A stretch of DNA of 64,000 bases from Eledone cirrhosa (lineage: Eukaryota): assembly GCA_964016885.1 (NCBI GenBank), contig OZ024740.1, positions 381,734,001-381,798,000 of the forward strand, given 5' to 3'. The number at the start of each line of letters is the position of its first letter. The first letter of the stretch is position 1. Positions 25,906 to 40,723 of the stretch are shown here, piece after piece. Both the position numbers and the translations under genes were made by a program. Under the pieces are notes generated by a model. It searched no databases. It saw nothing but the letters and a program-made list of their open reading frames with translations, and was not told where the DNA came from.

Positions 25906-26897
25906 GCCTTCTGCACCGGCACAAGCAACAATAACAACAAAAGCTGCAGCAGCAACACATTACCCGCCATTACCACCACCCATCGTTCCATTCTTTCAAC
26001 GCCACTCCAGCTAATACAACATCAAAACGTATGAACCAAAGCACGGTATACTTCATAACTAATATTCCTCAAACACAGCCATCATTAATAATACACTCCC
26101 AACTAACTGGCCAGAAGAGTTCCAAGATCAATTACCCACTCCCCACACAGACTGGCGCCACCATCAGTTACTTTCACTTTCAACATCTCGAAAAGCATAG
26201 AAACAACAGAAAAAAGACCTAAAATTAGTTCATTAAAATTAATTTTCTTATGATTGATGTCCAAACTTTGCCAGCCATTACTATAAACAAATTATACTGA
26301 CATATGAAATAGATTTATGACAACATTTCTATCTTCATTCAGGATTAAGAAAACATTATTATTATTATTGTTGTTGTTGTTGTTGGTGGTGGTCGATGTG
26401 TTTTGTTGTTTGTTATTGTTATCTTCCTCCTCTTCTCCCTTCATCATCAAAATCATCTTCTCAGCATTATCATTTTTATTATTAATACCGTTGTTCGTAT
26501 ATTTTGTGACAGATAATTATGGAATTTAATTAGCAAGGTACATTAATATTTTTCACTGAAGAACAACAGCAAGAAACAGCAGTGAAAGCAGCAAGAACAG
26601 CAACAACATTAAACAACAAAAGCAAGAAATAACAAGAAGTAGAATTAATGCCGACATACATGTTGCTATATTTTATACATTTTACTATGTTGAAGTGAGG
26701 GGGATTTAATATATGTAAGTGAATGAATATATACCTTCATACATATATATACATACATCGCTCTCTATATATATGCATGTATGTACGTATATATATACAT
26801 AAATATAAACAAATATATATGAATAAATATTTACATATATATATATATATACACACACACATATATATATATATATACATGTACATATATATATATA

Positions 26898-27029
<132 letters not shown>

Positions 27030-29439
27030 CATATAGTATATAAATATATAAATAAATTAAACAAAATTCACACTTAGACACGCGAATGAAAAATCCTCCT
27101 AGTAATCATTTTAAAAGCAATATTTTTAAAAATTCTTTTTCTAACTAATTCGAAAAGTATTTAATGAAAACATGTCTTAGGTCATCTTTATAATTATTTT
27201 ATAAAATTGATGATGTGCTGTGCATTTACTCAAATTAATTATTGGTAAATGCATTCTTCCTTAGACTGAACCTGCTTAAATATCAGAGATATCGTTAAAT
27301 TTCATTTCATTTGCTTATAAAGAAATCCATTTCGAACAACCATGCAGCAGGAAAAATTCTTTCTTTGTTCTTTCGTTACCATACATTTTCTCAAATTCCT
27401 TACTACGGTTTCCAGATCCTTTTAAGATAGTCAGGAATTCGCCGAGATTTACCTTTATAACTAACATTCCCATAATCGAATCGATCTAGGGTGCATAACT
27501 TGATATTTCTTACATGAGGTTATCATAGATGTTTAGTTAAAAATAAACACTTTTAAAGGAACAGCTTCGTATCGTAGAACCAGCGGAGATTTCAGGCTCA
27601 CAAAATATTTAATGTAATTTATATGAACCTTTTGGTAACGAAAAGATGGATTATTGGCATTGAAACATGTCATGTGACTTTAAATTTTTTACGATCCAGT
27701 AGTTAATGCAATTATAGTAAAGCATTGATAACAATCTGGATAGATTTTGAGTGACTTTTTAGGTGACTAATGATCTATGATCTGGCGCTAGTATATATAT
27801 AGTAGTTCGAAGTTGTTGGTGGGGGACAGGTGATGAACTGCACGAGGTATAATACAAATGTGCAATTGTGATTAGTGGAATGCAAACTAGAAAAAGAACA
27901 TGAAGAAACAATAAAGGACACGAGCATATATGATATTGCACCGATAAATTCTTATCTGTAGAGAAACTGTACAGAATTTAAATGAAGCATTGCGAAACGT
28001 GGATGTAATCACACACACACACACACATGCATATATAGAATCGGGCGATATTTCCATATTTATCCCTCTATGAAAAACTTTTAATTCATGTTGGATCCAT
28101 TTTTATATTTTACACCTCTCACAAACCACAGGAATATAAGTAACTAAATACGTTATAAACCCATCAAATGTGGCAGTAACAGCAATATAATCATAGTGCT
28201 TACGAAGGTAGCTAATTCAATAATATAAATTCATAAAATAAATGAATAAATATAGGAATAAAAAACGAAGTGGATTGTGAAAATGACTAAATTTTAGGAC
28301 TGGAACGCCTTTGCTCATAGGTATGTTGGATCAGGCCTGTTACCTCCTAGCATAAATAGGAACAATGAAAATGAAGAACGATTATCAATGATATCGCTCA
28401 ATCTGTTAAAAATATCAATGAAATCTTAACGTAGTCTTATATATTTTATGGCCTCAAGTAAAATAACAACTAAAACAAAACAGCATATTTAAGACAGGAA
28501 CGCCTTTGCTTATACGTTAACATGAAGTAAATCAACGAATATAGCAACATTAACAGCAAAAATTTCAACAATGAAAAAACGGTATACATAGGAGTTTTCG
28601 AAAAAAAACATCTTCACAAACACTTCCAACTCACTCTCACACACACATACATATATACACACACACACGTATATATATATGCGCGTTTTTATGTATGTAT
28701 ATATGTATATTTTTGTGTGTGTGTGCATGTATGAATAAAGGTTATAGCTCATAATGGAAAAAATAAAACAATTTTATGTGTGCTTTCATATTTGCAGATG
28801 AAATTTTTTGTTTTCATTCCAACAATTAGTAATTTAAAACATTAGTGATACGTGAGGTTTTTACGAGAAATTAAACATTTTGTAGTTATCTAAATTTTGG
28901 ATAATGAAAGGCAAACAAAACCAAACTTAATTAAGCAAATATCTCCCTTTCTGGCCCGATCATCTTGTTTACCGGCTAGCAGTAACAGCAGCATCTGCGT
29001 TGTTATTTGAATTTCGGATTTTGAATATTTTACCATCAACTACTGATAAATATCTTTCTCTAGTGAATTCTCAATGGGGAAACAAGTACTTTAAAATTTC
29101 TTATAAACAGTGCATCTCAACGGCGAAGCTAAAATATAGCTGACAATATCAGACAATGTCGGACAAGCTGTTAGTTGAATGTTTAATGGTTTACAGACAG
29201 TCATCATAGTATATGCCGTGGTATTGAATAAAGCAATTCATCTAGTTGTTTAACGGCTTAAGCTGTATGAATTCGAAACAACATTTCACATTAGTTCCTA
29301 GAATGAAAGACAAATGCTGTTTCTCGTTCGACGTGCAGCCATCCTTCACTTCAGAGAGAAAGTGATAGAGATATGAACGACATCATATATATCACAGATC
29401 CAAGAAATATATGTGATGAGGGCTCGGCCGGACGTAAGT

Positions 29440-29720
29440 CTGATGACAATCCCCTTCCTGTTTTACCACACCAACGTCTTGATATATTGTTGTGATACTA
29501 CTTGGATTCTGGAGAAGAGAGTAACACAGCTCCGGATTGCAGCTATAAGAGGGAAACACACAACCCCATTTTCATACCATAGTAAAAGCCTATTAAGATA
29601 CACACTATTGGGGCGACATAACATTCACCTTTGTGCAAAATTTCAAAGATTACCTGGTAGAAATAATATACGGAGTGAATTAAGACCATAAGGAAAGTAG
29701 GTTGAACAGAATTTAACAGG
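29440..29720 (+). mobile_element. Decayed RTE-like LINE fragment
   Basis: VLIYCCDTTWIL...LRIAAIR resembles the RTE post-RT motif (LLYGxETW). Confidence 0.4.
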
Positions 29721-30199
29721 CATCAGGCAATAGTTTATTGATAAGAAGCAAACTGAAAACATAGTATTATCTGAAACTCGGATGTACTGAAAACGAAATG
29801 ATTGATTTTTACATGTAAAATGGCATATTTAATATAGAGTTAAAGCATTTTAATACGGTCTCTATGGATGGTCCAGATTAATGTGCCAAACAATGAGTCC
29901 AAATACCGATACTTCCTTGATGAAGTCATTGCATCTTTAGATGTATTTAGGATTAAGTTATATATTTTAATGGGATATATTAGCACAAGCCCCCAGATAT
30001 GGAAATGAGTGATTGACTGGAACGGCAACCCCGATCTAAATGCGCATACATGGACCTTATTAGACTTCTGTTCTAATAATTGGTTATTATAAAATGCTTC
30101 CATCAGAAATATATCCATAATTATTACATGGAATAATGGAAATCGGTGACACGGGTTGACATTGATTTAAATATATTATCTCTCATATCTTCAATTCTG

Positions 30200-31130
30200 T
30201 GCTGGATGTTTGTGTTAAGAGAGGGACTAAGTTGTCAACGGATCACAATTTAGTTATCCGTAACCTGAAGCTTCCTAAAATCAAAACATCCACAACCCTG
30301 AGATATTTAGATCGACCTACAGGATAAAGAAGCGATAACTAATGAGAAGGTCAAGTCCAGAGCATTTAAAACACACAAGTGTGACATGACTTCTGTGGAG
30401 AATGGAATTACACCCGAGATGTTGAGCTTTCACTAGATAGAAACAGGATTGATATAAGCACCCAGGATAGAAATAGTGTCAAAACCGCTGGAGGTAGGAG
30501 AGTCAACTGGAATTTCCAGAAGCCATGGTGCTACTTAACTCGTTGGAAATTAATCTTCAGCTTGCAATGGATAGGTTTGCTGCCGAGTGTTGCACAGCAA
30601 GAATGAAAACCACTGCAGTGTTGACAGAGAGACTCATCTACGCGCAGTGCTCGTTGCCTCTGAGTGGACGTCCACTGCAGTATGTGGATACGTTCAAGCA
30701 TCTCGGGGTCGTTTTAAGAATGGCCGGAAGGCGGAAAGATACATTAAATGCAAGAATTGCAGAAGGATATGCAGAGGTGCATCAACTCTACCCATAATTC
30801 ATCCTGAATCATAGTTATTATCAACAAAATATGAATTAACAACACAATATGATCTCGAACACAAATGGCTTCAATTGGGTTCCTCCGAAAAGACATTCGA
30901 GTAAAGTTATTCGATAAGGTGCGTGACTTGGAGATCAGTGATTCGCTCCAGAATCGAGAGGTAACAGCTCCGATACTACAGACGTGGTTGGAATGACTAA
31001 GGAAAAAAATCTCTGGTTAGATATTACAGCTCCAAATCGAAAGATCACATCTCAGGTTCTACAGACATCTGATTAGAATGTCACTGGTAATATTTTGCGG
31101 GCAAACGTAAACCCTGAGCATGCTGGTTAG
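30200..31130 (+). mobile_element. Decayed RTE-clade (Expander/Rex3-like) LINE fragment
   Basis: LQLAMDRFAAECCTARMK...PLQYVDTFKHLGV...NARI matches the RT C-terminal pattern of this clade. Confidence 0.7.
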
Positions 31131-31793
31131 ATTACCTCCATGTACCATATCAACTGAAATATTGTATTTGACGAAGACTTTCTCGGTTACGCGTTCAAAT
31201 TTTACGACATCCAACCTCTTATTTCAGTAAAAAATGTCACGCTGGTAAAATAATTAAAACTGTCATATCACATTCAAACTTAGGTTTGATCGAGCCAACG
31301 TGCGAGCTTCTATACTTTTACGTTTAGTGCTAGAAATGTCCATCAATCCACACAGTAACACCTTAACAAAGGGCGCCGACACATAGGATAATATAGTCCT
31401 AGATATATTTATCTAAAAAATGAAAGTGGATGATCACAAATTAAATTCTTCTGATCATCTGCCCGAATAAATTAGGTTGCTTTGGTATTAAACAAAAATG
31501 ATTAAAATTTGAGTCTAAAATCTTTCATAAACAAGAAAATCTCAGGTATGAGTACCTAAACTGGAGTTTAAAACAACGATTACATTACAATTATTTTCAC
31601 TTTAATTCTTAATTTATCTGTTCTGCATATTCAATATTTTATATAGGGTACGATAAAATGAAATTTGCTAATCAAAACTATATTAAACTTTATAAAAACA
31701 GCTACGAAAAGGTCATATATATAGGACAGGAGATAACGGAAATGAAAATAATATAAATATTACTTTCATTTTTCAGGTTTAGAATATAAAATT

Positions 31794-31850
<57 letters not shown>

Positions 31851-31910
31851 AATATATATATATATACAATGATATTAAATAAATGGAAACTATATTTATA
31901 AAACCATATT

Positions 31911-31975
31911 TATTTTATTATATATATTTCAAGGGCAACCAAGACAACATTGGTACGCTTTCATCAAATAAAATA
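31911..31975 (-). ncRNA. Degenerate hammerhead ribozyme, relative of the 15711 family
   Basis: Minus strand tattttat-TTGATGA-aagcgtaccaa...ttggttgccctt-GAAA-tatata-TA-ataaaata. Flank aaatggaaactatatttataaaaccatattt is shared with 15476. Confidence 0.7.
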
Positions 31976-32433
31976 CAAATTTTGTTTTATAAATAGACAT
32001 ACCCGTGAAACTTATCGGTTGTAAATTCACTGGATAGTGAAATTCATTGTTGAGTGCTCTAAATCAGTTATAAACATTTATATTTGTCGGACATCCAACA
32101 AATTAAATACCACTTCTACTTATATATATATATATATATATATAAAAACAAATAACGAAACGAAATTAAATTTCGTTTCGCTTCTAACTCACTTTTGTAT
32201 GACTGACGCTTAAACAATTAAGTTAAAGTGTACATCTACATATGTATACGGAAGTATTAGTATGCATATAAATACACACATGTATACATATGTACATGTA
32301 CTCAGCTTTTCACTAGACACTTTACAGTGAGTGTCAGCTAGTCTGTATGTAACCACACAGGCGGACCGGGTTTTAGAGTCATACGAGTTTTCAAGGAAAC
32401 ACATTTCCTCTATTCACCAGAGGGCCAGACAAG

Positions 32434-32478
32434 AATATTGAACTAGTTTCGATGTTATTACATCTCATCAGCAATATT
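32434..32478 (-). ncRNA. Minimal type I hammerhead ribozyme (GUU site variant)
   Basis: Reverse complement of 33900-33944 with one substitution at N17. Confidence 0.88.
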
Positions 32479-32902
32479 TACCCATCTTCCGGCTTCTCTG
32501 GAGAATTGTAAAAGCACATATCGTTATATGCTTTTTCTATGAAAATTAGTAGTGGGTAGACCAATTTGCATAGAACGTGAGTCATTGTACGCACCGGTTC
32601 AGCGGAAACGATAAAAACAAATAACGAAACGAAATTAAATTTCGTTTCGCTTCTAACTCACTTTTGTATGACTGACGCTTAAACAATTAAGTTAAAGTGT
32701 ACATCTACATATGTATACGGAAGTATTAGTATGCATATAAATACACACATGTATACATATGTACATGTACTCAGCTTTTCACTAGACACTTTACAGTGAG
32801 TGTCAGCTAGTCTGTATGTAACCACACAGGCGGACCGGGTTTTAGAGTCATACGAGTTTTCAAGGAAACACATTTCCTCTATTCTCCAGAGGGCCAGACA
32901 GG

Positions 32903-32947
32903 AATATTGGACTAGTTTCGATGTTATTACATCTCATCAGCAATATT
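32903..32947 (-). ncRNA. Minimal type I hammerhead ribozyme
   Basis: Reverse complement of 33900-33944. Confidence 0.92.
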
Positions 32948-33371
32948 TACCCATCTTCCGGCTTCTCTGGAGAATTGTAAAAGCACATATCGTTATATGC
33001 TTTTTCTATGAAAATTAGTAGTGGGTAGACCAATTTGCATAGAACGTGAGTCATTGTACGCACCGGTTCAGCGGAAACGATAAAAACAAATAACGAAACG
33101 AAATTAAATTTCGTTTCGCTTCTAACTCACTTTTGTAAGACTGACGCTTAAACAATTAAGTTAAAGTGTACATCTACATATGTATACGGAAGTATTAGTA
33201 TGCATATAAATACACACATGTATACATATGTACATGTACTCAGCTTTTCACTAGACACTTTACAGTGAGTGTCAGCTAGTCTGTATGTAACCACACAGGC
33301 GGACCGGGTTTTAGAGTCATACGAGTTTTCAAGGAAACACATTTCCTCTATTCTCCAGAGGGCCAGACAGG

Positions 33372-33416
33372 AATATTGGACTAGTTTCGATGTTATTACA
33401 TCTCATCAGCAATATT
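33372..33416 (-). ncRNA. Minimal type I hammerhead ribozyme
   Basis: Reverse complement of 33900-33944. Confidence 0.92.
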
Positions 33417-33899
33417 TACCCATCTTCCGGCTTCTCTGGAGAATTGTAAAAGCACATATCGTTATATGCTTTTTCTATGAAAATTAGTAGTGGGTAGACC
33501 AATTTGCATAGAACGTGAGTCATTGTACGCACCGGTTCACCGGTCCGCCTGTGTGGTTACATACAGACTAGCTGACACTCACTGTAAAGTGTCTAGTGAA
33601 AAGCTGAGTACATGTACATATGTATACATGTGTGTATTTATATGCATACTAATACTTCCGTATACATATGTAGATGTGCACTTTAACTTAATTGTTTAAG
33701 CGTCAGTCATACAAAAGTGAGTTAGAAGCGAAACGAAATTTAATTTCGTTTCGTTATTTGTTTTTATCGTTTCCGCTGAACCGGTGCGTACAATGACCCA
33801 CGTTCTATGCAAATTGGTCTACCCACTACTAATTTTCATAGAAAAAGCATATAACGATATGTGCTTTTACAATTCTCCAGAGAAGCCGGAAGATGGGTA

Positions 33900-33944
33900 A
33901 ATATTGCTGATGAGATGTAATAACATCGAAACTAGTCCAATATT
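33900..33944 (+). ncRNA. Minimal type I hammerhead ribozyme
   Basis: aatattg-CTGATGA-gatgt-aata-acatc-GAAA-ctag-TC-caatatt. 7-bp stem I, 5-bp stem II, palindromic ACTAGT stem III, GUC site at 33935-33937. Confidence 0.93.
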
Positions 33945-34368
33945 CCTGTCTGGCCCTCTGGAGAATAGAGGAAATGTGTTTCCTTGAAAACTCGTATGAC
34001 TCTAAAACCCGGTCCGCCTGTGTGGTTACATACAGACTAGCTGACACTCACTGTAAAGTGTCTAGTGAAAAGCTGAGTACATGTACATATGTATACATGT
34101 GTGTATTTATATGCATACTAATACTTCCGTATACATATGTAGATGTACACTTTAACTTAATTGTTTAAGTGTCAGTCATACAAAAGTGAGTTAGAAGCGA
34201 AACGAAATTTAATTTCGTTTCGTTATTTGTTTTTATCGTTTCCGCTGAACCGGTGCGTACAATGACTCACGTTCTATGCAAATTGGTCTACCCACTACTA
34301 ATTTTCATAGAAAAAGCATATAACGATATGTGCTTTTACAATTCTCCAGAGAAGCCGGAAGATGGGTA

Positions 34369-34413
34369 AATATTGCTGATGAGATGTAATAACATCGAAA
34401 CTAGTCCAATATT
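34369..34413 (+). ncRNA. Minimal type I hammerhead ribozyme
   Basis: Identical copy 469 bp downstream of 33900. Confidence 0.93.
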
Positions 34414-34625
34414 CCTGTCTGGCCCTCTGGAGAATAGAGGAAATGTGTTTCCTTGAAAACTCGTATGACTCTAAAACCCGGTCCGCCTGTGTGGTTACAT
34501 ACAGACTAGCTGACACTCACTGTAAAGTGTCTAGTGAAAAGCTGAGTACATATGTATACATGTGTGTATTTATATGCATACTAATACTTCCGTATACATA
34601 TGTAGATGTACACTTTAACTTAATT

Positions 34626-34692
<67 letters not shown>

Positions 34693-34695
<3 letters not shown>

Positions 34696-35949
34696 GTGGT
34701 TACACAACAGTTAGTTCACCATACCGAGAACAATTGTTTCACCTTAGCGGATCCTCGGCTCGTAATGGACGTGGTTATACGGAACAGGAAGGACGAACAG
34801 GAAGTACGAACGCGCATGCGCAGAAACCGCCACTTCACACAGGCAATACTAAAAAGCGTGCGAGAGGTGTAAGGGAGATAACTGCGAAAAGTCCAAAAAG
34901 TTTATAGTTGATAAGAAAATTAGGACATTGTTGTGATTCAATCCGGAGATTTGTAGTTATGTAAGAGGTGTTTCAAGACGTGTGGACAACGTGTGAAGAA
35001 TTCATTTCTCGTGTTTAGGCAATCATTATTGCATAATCTCTTTAGAATATTTATTCGTTCATCAATACATAGTCCACACAACGGATTTCCCCTTACTTAT
35101 GGCTTGGACTTAGTGATGGCTTTTCATTGAATGGAGTAGTCTATACTTGAGTCTTTCAGGGACCATACGTGTCTCGCGAGTTTCGTGGATGAACGTCTTT
35201 CCGGGTATCTAAAGGTCGACTGGTGGTTCAGGAAGCGTTCCATAAATCGGCCCTCCACCATACCCACATAGGATTTGACCTCCTATTGTTGATTTGTTGA
35301 TTTGGTCGATTGGAAGTGACCACAGCTTCATAAATTCCAACCGACTAAATCAACCACAGGAGGTCTAATCCTATGTGTCAAATCCTATGGCGGAGGGCCG
35401 ATTTAAGAAACGCTTTAAGGAACCACCAGTCGATTTTAGGTACCCGGACAGACGTTCATCCAAGAAACTCGTGAGCCACGTATGGCCCCTCAAGGACTAA
35501 AGTATAGACTACTCCATTCAATGGAAAGCCATCACTAACTCCAAGACATACGCAACGGTAAATCCGTCGTATGAACTATGTATTGATGAACGAATAAATA
35601 TTCTAAAAAGATTATGCAATAGTGATTGCCTAAACACGAAAAATGAATTCTTCACACGTTGCTTACACGTCTCGAAAGACCTCTTACATAACTACAAATC
35701 TCCGGATTGAATCACAACAACATCCTAATTTTCTTATCAACTAGAAACTTTTCGGACTTTCGCAGTTATCTCTCTTACACCTTTCGCACGCTTTTTAGTA
35801 TTGCCCGTGTGAAGTGACGGTTTCTGCGCATGCGCGTTCGTACGGTTGTCCTTCCTGTTCCGTATAATCATGTCCATTATGAGGTGAGGATCCGCTAAGG
35901 TGAAACAATTGTTCTCGGTATAGTGAACAAACTGTTGTGTAACCACTTC
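34693..35949. mobile_element. Foldback/MITE-like non-autonomous DNA element
   Basis: About 600-bp imperfect inverted arms, TA|gaagtggttacacaacag...ctgttgtgtaaccacttc|TA. No credible ORF. Confidence 0.85.
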
Positions 35950-36012
35950 TACCTAACTCGTTCCATGGACTGAGTGCTCTACCACTACGGATATTACCTT
36001 CCAGTGTTCTAC

Positions 36013-37063
<1,051 letters not shown>

Positions 37064-37286
37064 AATAATTCATGACGTTATATGTACAAACACTATGAGA
37101 TAAATTAACAAAAGTTAATTAAAGGAATATTCATGATAGAGAATTATATATGCAATGAGGGAATATTAACGTTTCTGTAACAATTTACTTTCTTAAAGGA
37201 TAAGAGTAAATAGTACGAAAATATGAACAATGCATATTCCATATACTAGCATATCAACACAAGCGTCTACTAACATTGTCGTTTGG

Positions 37287-37385
37287 AACTCTTACAATGT
37301 AGATCCTTGTTGTTTCCGTCTTCCTATATACAGATGGATACACGTGTACACATAGACACACAGACATACACACACACACACATAC

Positions 37386-37453
<68 letters not shown>

Positions 37454-37538
37454 CTGTATGTGTGTGTGTGTGTGTGTACACGTGTATACATTTGTATATA
37501 TGAAGACGGAAACAACAAGGATCTACATTGTAAGAGTT
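37287..37538. repeat. Inverted repeat centred on (CA)(TA)(TG) microsatellite
   Basis: aactcttacaatgtagatccttgttgtttccgtcttc / gaagacggaaacaacaaggatctacattgtaagagtt. Confidence 0.88.
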
Positions 37539-37607
37539 ATATATATATATATATATATATACATACACATGTATATATATATATATACATACACACACAC
37601 ACACATA

Positions 37608-37662
<55 letters not shown>

Positions 37663-37741
37663 ATATTTATGTATATATATATATATATATACTTATATAC
37701 ATACACACACACATATATATATATATATATGCATACATATA

Positions 37742-37910
<169 letters not shown>

Positions 37911-38908
37911 GTATGAAATATAGTGTTTGTGTATGCATTTGATGCGTGTCTCGGATCTCTAAAGATATTCTATCTGACAATGACATTTACCAACATCAAT
38001 ACTCTACTGAGTACTATTATCAAAAATAAACAATTAAATCCAGACATACGTGTATTGGAGATCCGTTCTGAAAAAAGAAAGTCAATGCCAGCAATGAAAA
38101 GGCTGTGTTGTATGATTTGACATTTCTTTCCAAACGTCGAACATTAAAATTCTTCAGAAAAAGGTCACATTTCTAGAAGAAATATAATAACAACCGATAC
38201 TTATATATCTATCTACGCACACATACGCGCATTCCCCCCCCCCCACATATATATATATACATACATACACACACACACATACACATACACACACACACGA
38301 ACACATACACACACCCATACACTCACCCGCACACACACAAACACACACATATACATATATATTATATATATATATAAACCTATTTTCACAAACCTCACTG
38401 ATCATTAATATATCTATCCATCGATCCATACATATACAGATAAACATAACTGCACGAACACACAGATGCAACCAATATACATACATTCATACATACACAC
38501 ATATATACAATATCGTGCAACTACACACACACAGACACACACACAATTGAATGCTTAAGCTTAGACATATGTAGACATTTCTCTATTTATGAATACGAAT
38601 CCACTTACATAAAAGTGCAAGAAAAAGGCATACTTTACTACAGAAATATGGAATGTTTCTTTTCATGCATGGATAAGCGAGGCAACTAGCTTTATATCAT
38701 GTAAATAAAGAAAGCAAAAAAATGAAATAATGCTATCATCCTTCAAGTGATGAGTTATTAATACAATGTTGAGTACATAAAATATTTTTCTGAAGCATTC
38801 CAGACATTTTACCACTAAACACCAATATATATGCACACTGTCACATATACATACACTCATATTAATATAAGGATTGTATACATACAAATGCATACAATTA
38901 TATGTATG

Positions 38909-38982
<74 letters not shown>

Positions 38983-39290
38983 ATACGTTTGCCTTACCCT
39001 TATTGGATATTCTTTCAAACAAAAGTGCTTAGGTAAGTTGTGGTGAATCTGGTAAGTAAATTGTTAACGGCATATTTTCCTTAGAGGTTACTACATATTG
39101 TCCTTAGAGGTTACTACACAATACCTCGGTATACTTGTTTCAGCTGTCTGCGCTCAGAGTTCAAATCCCACTGAAATTATCCCCATTTTTCATCCTTTCG
39201 GTGAATCAAGAATTTAGTAACCATAAGAAATGAAATAAGCATAGATCTTACCTTTCAGATCCTACACTCTTACCTAGCAGCAACCAAAAT

Positions 39291-39716
39291 GTGAATAATT
39301 CTAGCTTTCACTCTAAACCTCTTACCCCTCTTATCCCCTCACCTGTGTCAATTTCACATACAATATCTACTAATGTTAACTGTAATTGTAATTGCAGAAA
39401 ACCGGACAATTGCCCTTTGAATAAGAATTTCCTTACTAATAACATTGTGCATAGATCCACGGTTAAGACCCCTAATGGTACTAAAACTTACATTGATGCT
39501 ACTATTAACTCTTTTAAGACTGCTTTAATTTTCACACATTCGTTCAGGGATAGTAGCTTAAAATCTCCTACTTCATTAGCCAGACTAGTAAATTCACTTA
39601 AACTCTCCAATACTGAATACTGTTTAGTTTGGGATATTCTAGCCAGATCATCTCCATATAAAGGACATACGGATCATTGCGATCTTTGTTTATCACAGGC
39701 TTACTTTATAACCTAA
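39291..39716 (+). pseudogene. Penelope-like element GIY-YIG endonuclease remnant
   Basis: CNCRKPDNCPL..NIVHRSTV..KTYIDAT.NSFKT..HSF..TSLA..WDIL..PY..CDLCL matches the Cys-rich PLE endonuclease pattern. Catalytic motifs are decayed. Confidence 0.8.
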
Positions 39717-40595
39717 TCCAAGCCCTGCCCAATCAATGATCGCAATTAATTGTCATTAATTTCCTTCACTGTTTGACATACTCATTTGCCAACAGTGCTC
39801 GACCTCATTTTGATTATTATACCTTCATCCATTCTCCATCCCAAATATTTGTTTATTTATATCATCTACCTACATTAAACAACCCCACTGTTTAATTAGT
39901 TATTGCCCCTTCCTTAATTAGACCCTACCTTATTTTTTGCAATTTTAAACTTTTCTCTTCCTATCTTATATTTATACTTTTTCTTCTTAACTTTACTTTT
40001 TATGTATCTGTTTTAATGCAGACTCTTTATCATACAACCCCCTCCGTAGTTAGTTGCTTTTAGATATATATTACTATTTACACATATCTTTGTACCTATA
40101 AATACCAGTTTCAATTTAATTCTCTTCAATCATTCTCAATTGTACTTTGTACATTCCAAATATCTCCTACTAATATCCTGCAATTTTTATTATTTTTTTT
40201 AGAGTATCTTCGTACTGATTTTACGTTAACACAACTGTCCATTAATAATTAATTATATTTCTTATAATGTAACAGTTAGATATTCTATTTATAATATATT
40301 GTTTCTTTTTTTTTTTTTATTCTTTACTCCCTATAACCATATTATCAATTTTCACATGTAAATATTTAATACTATTCTACTTATTTACCTCCCTTGAATA
40401 TTGTTTATCTCCCTTTAGTAACGTGTTTATAATCTCCTATTAGTCTCCGCCATGTTTATTATAAGTTAACTTGTTTACTCTATAAACACCTTATTAAAAT
40501 TGTGGTCCATATCTCTCCAAGTATCGATTTTGTTGTAGAATCTTCTCCGCGGTGATATGAATTTATTTCCTTGAAATAATGTTTATAAATTTATT

Positions 40596-40723
40596 TTTGT
40601 CTCCGAAGAGGGGGTTGAATATTATATTAATTTTCACTATACGGTTATCGATTTTCAAATGGGTAACCAGTTACTCCACGTGTATATTGACCATTCAACC
40701 TCTGAAACAACTTGTCAGCCAGT
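40596..40723 (+). ncRNA. Degenerate hammerhead ribozyme with long stem II
   Basis: tgtct-CCGAAGA-gggggttgaat...attcaacctct-GAAA-caacttg-TC-agcca. Confidence 0.7.

Larger units (their letters stand above)
32142..34629. mobile_element. Retrozyme-like array (family B): 469-bp HHR-containing unit, about 3 copies on the minus strand and about 2.3 on the plus strand, head-to-head
   Basis: Exact 469-bp period with near-identical copies. Inversion junction at 33539/33540, (TA)n on both sides, one HHR per unit. Confidence 0.9.

Noticed and set aside
32210-34516. Repeated 64-aa and 72-aa ORFs in the 469-bp array
   Set aside because: They recur only because the DNA is repeated. They have non-ATG starts, no domain similarity, and are not conserved in homologous family A.
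32142-34629. Array as CRISPR or Rep-associated repeat
   Set aside because: Whole units are identical with no unique spacers, the context is eukaryotic, and there are no cas genes.
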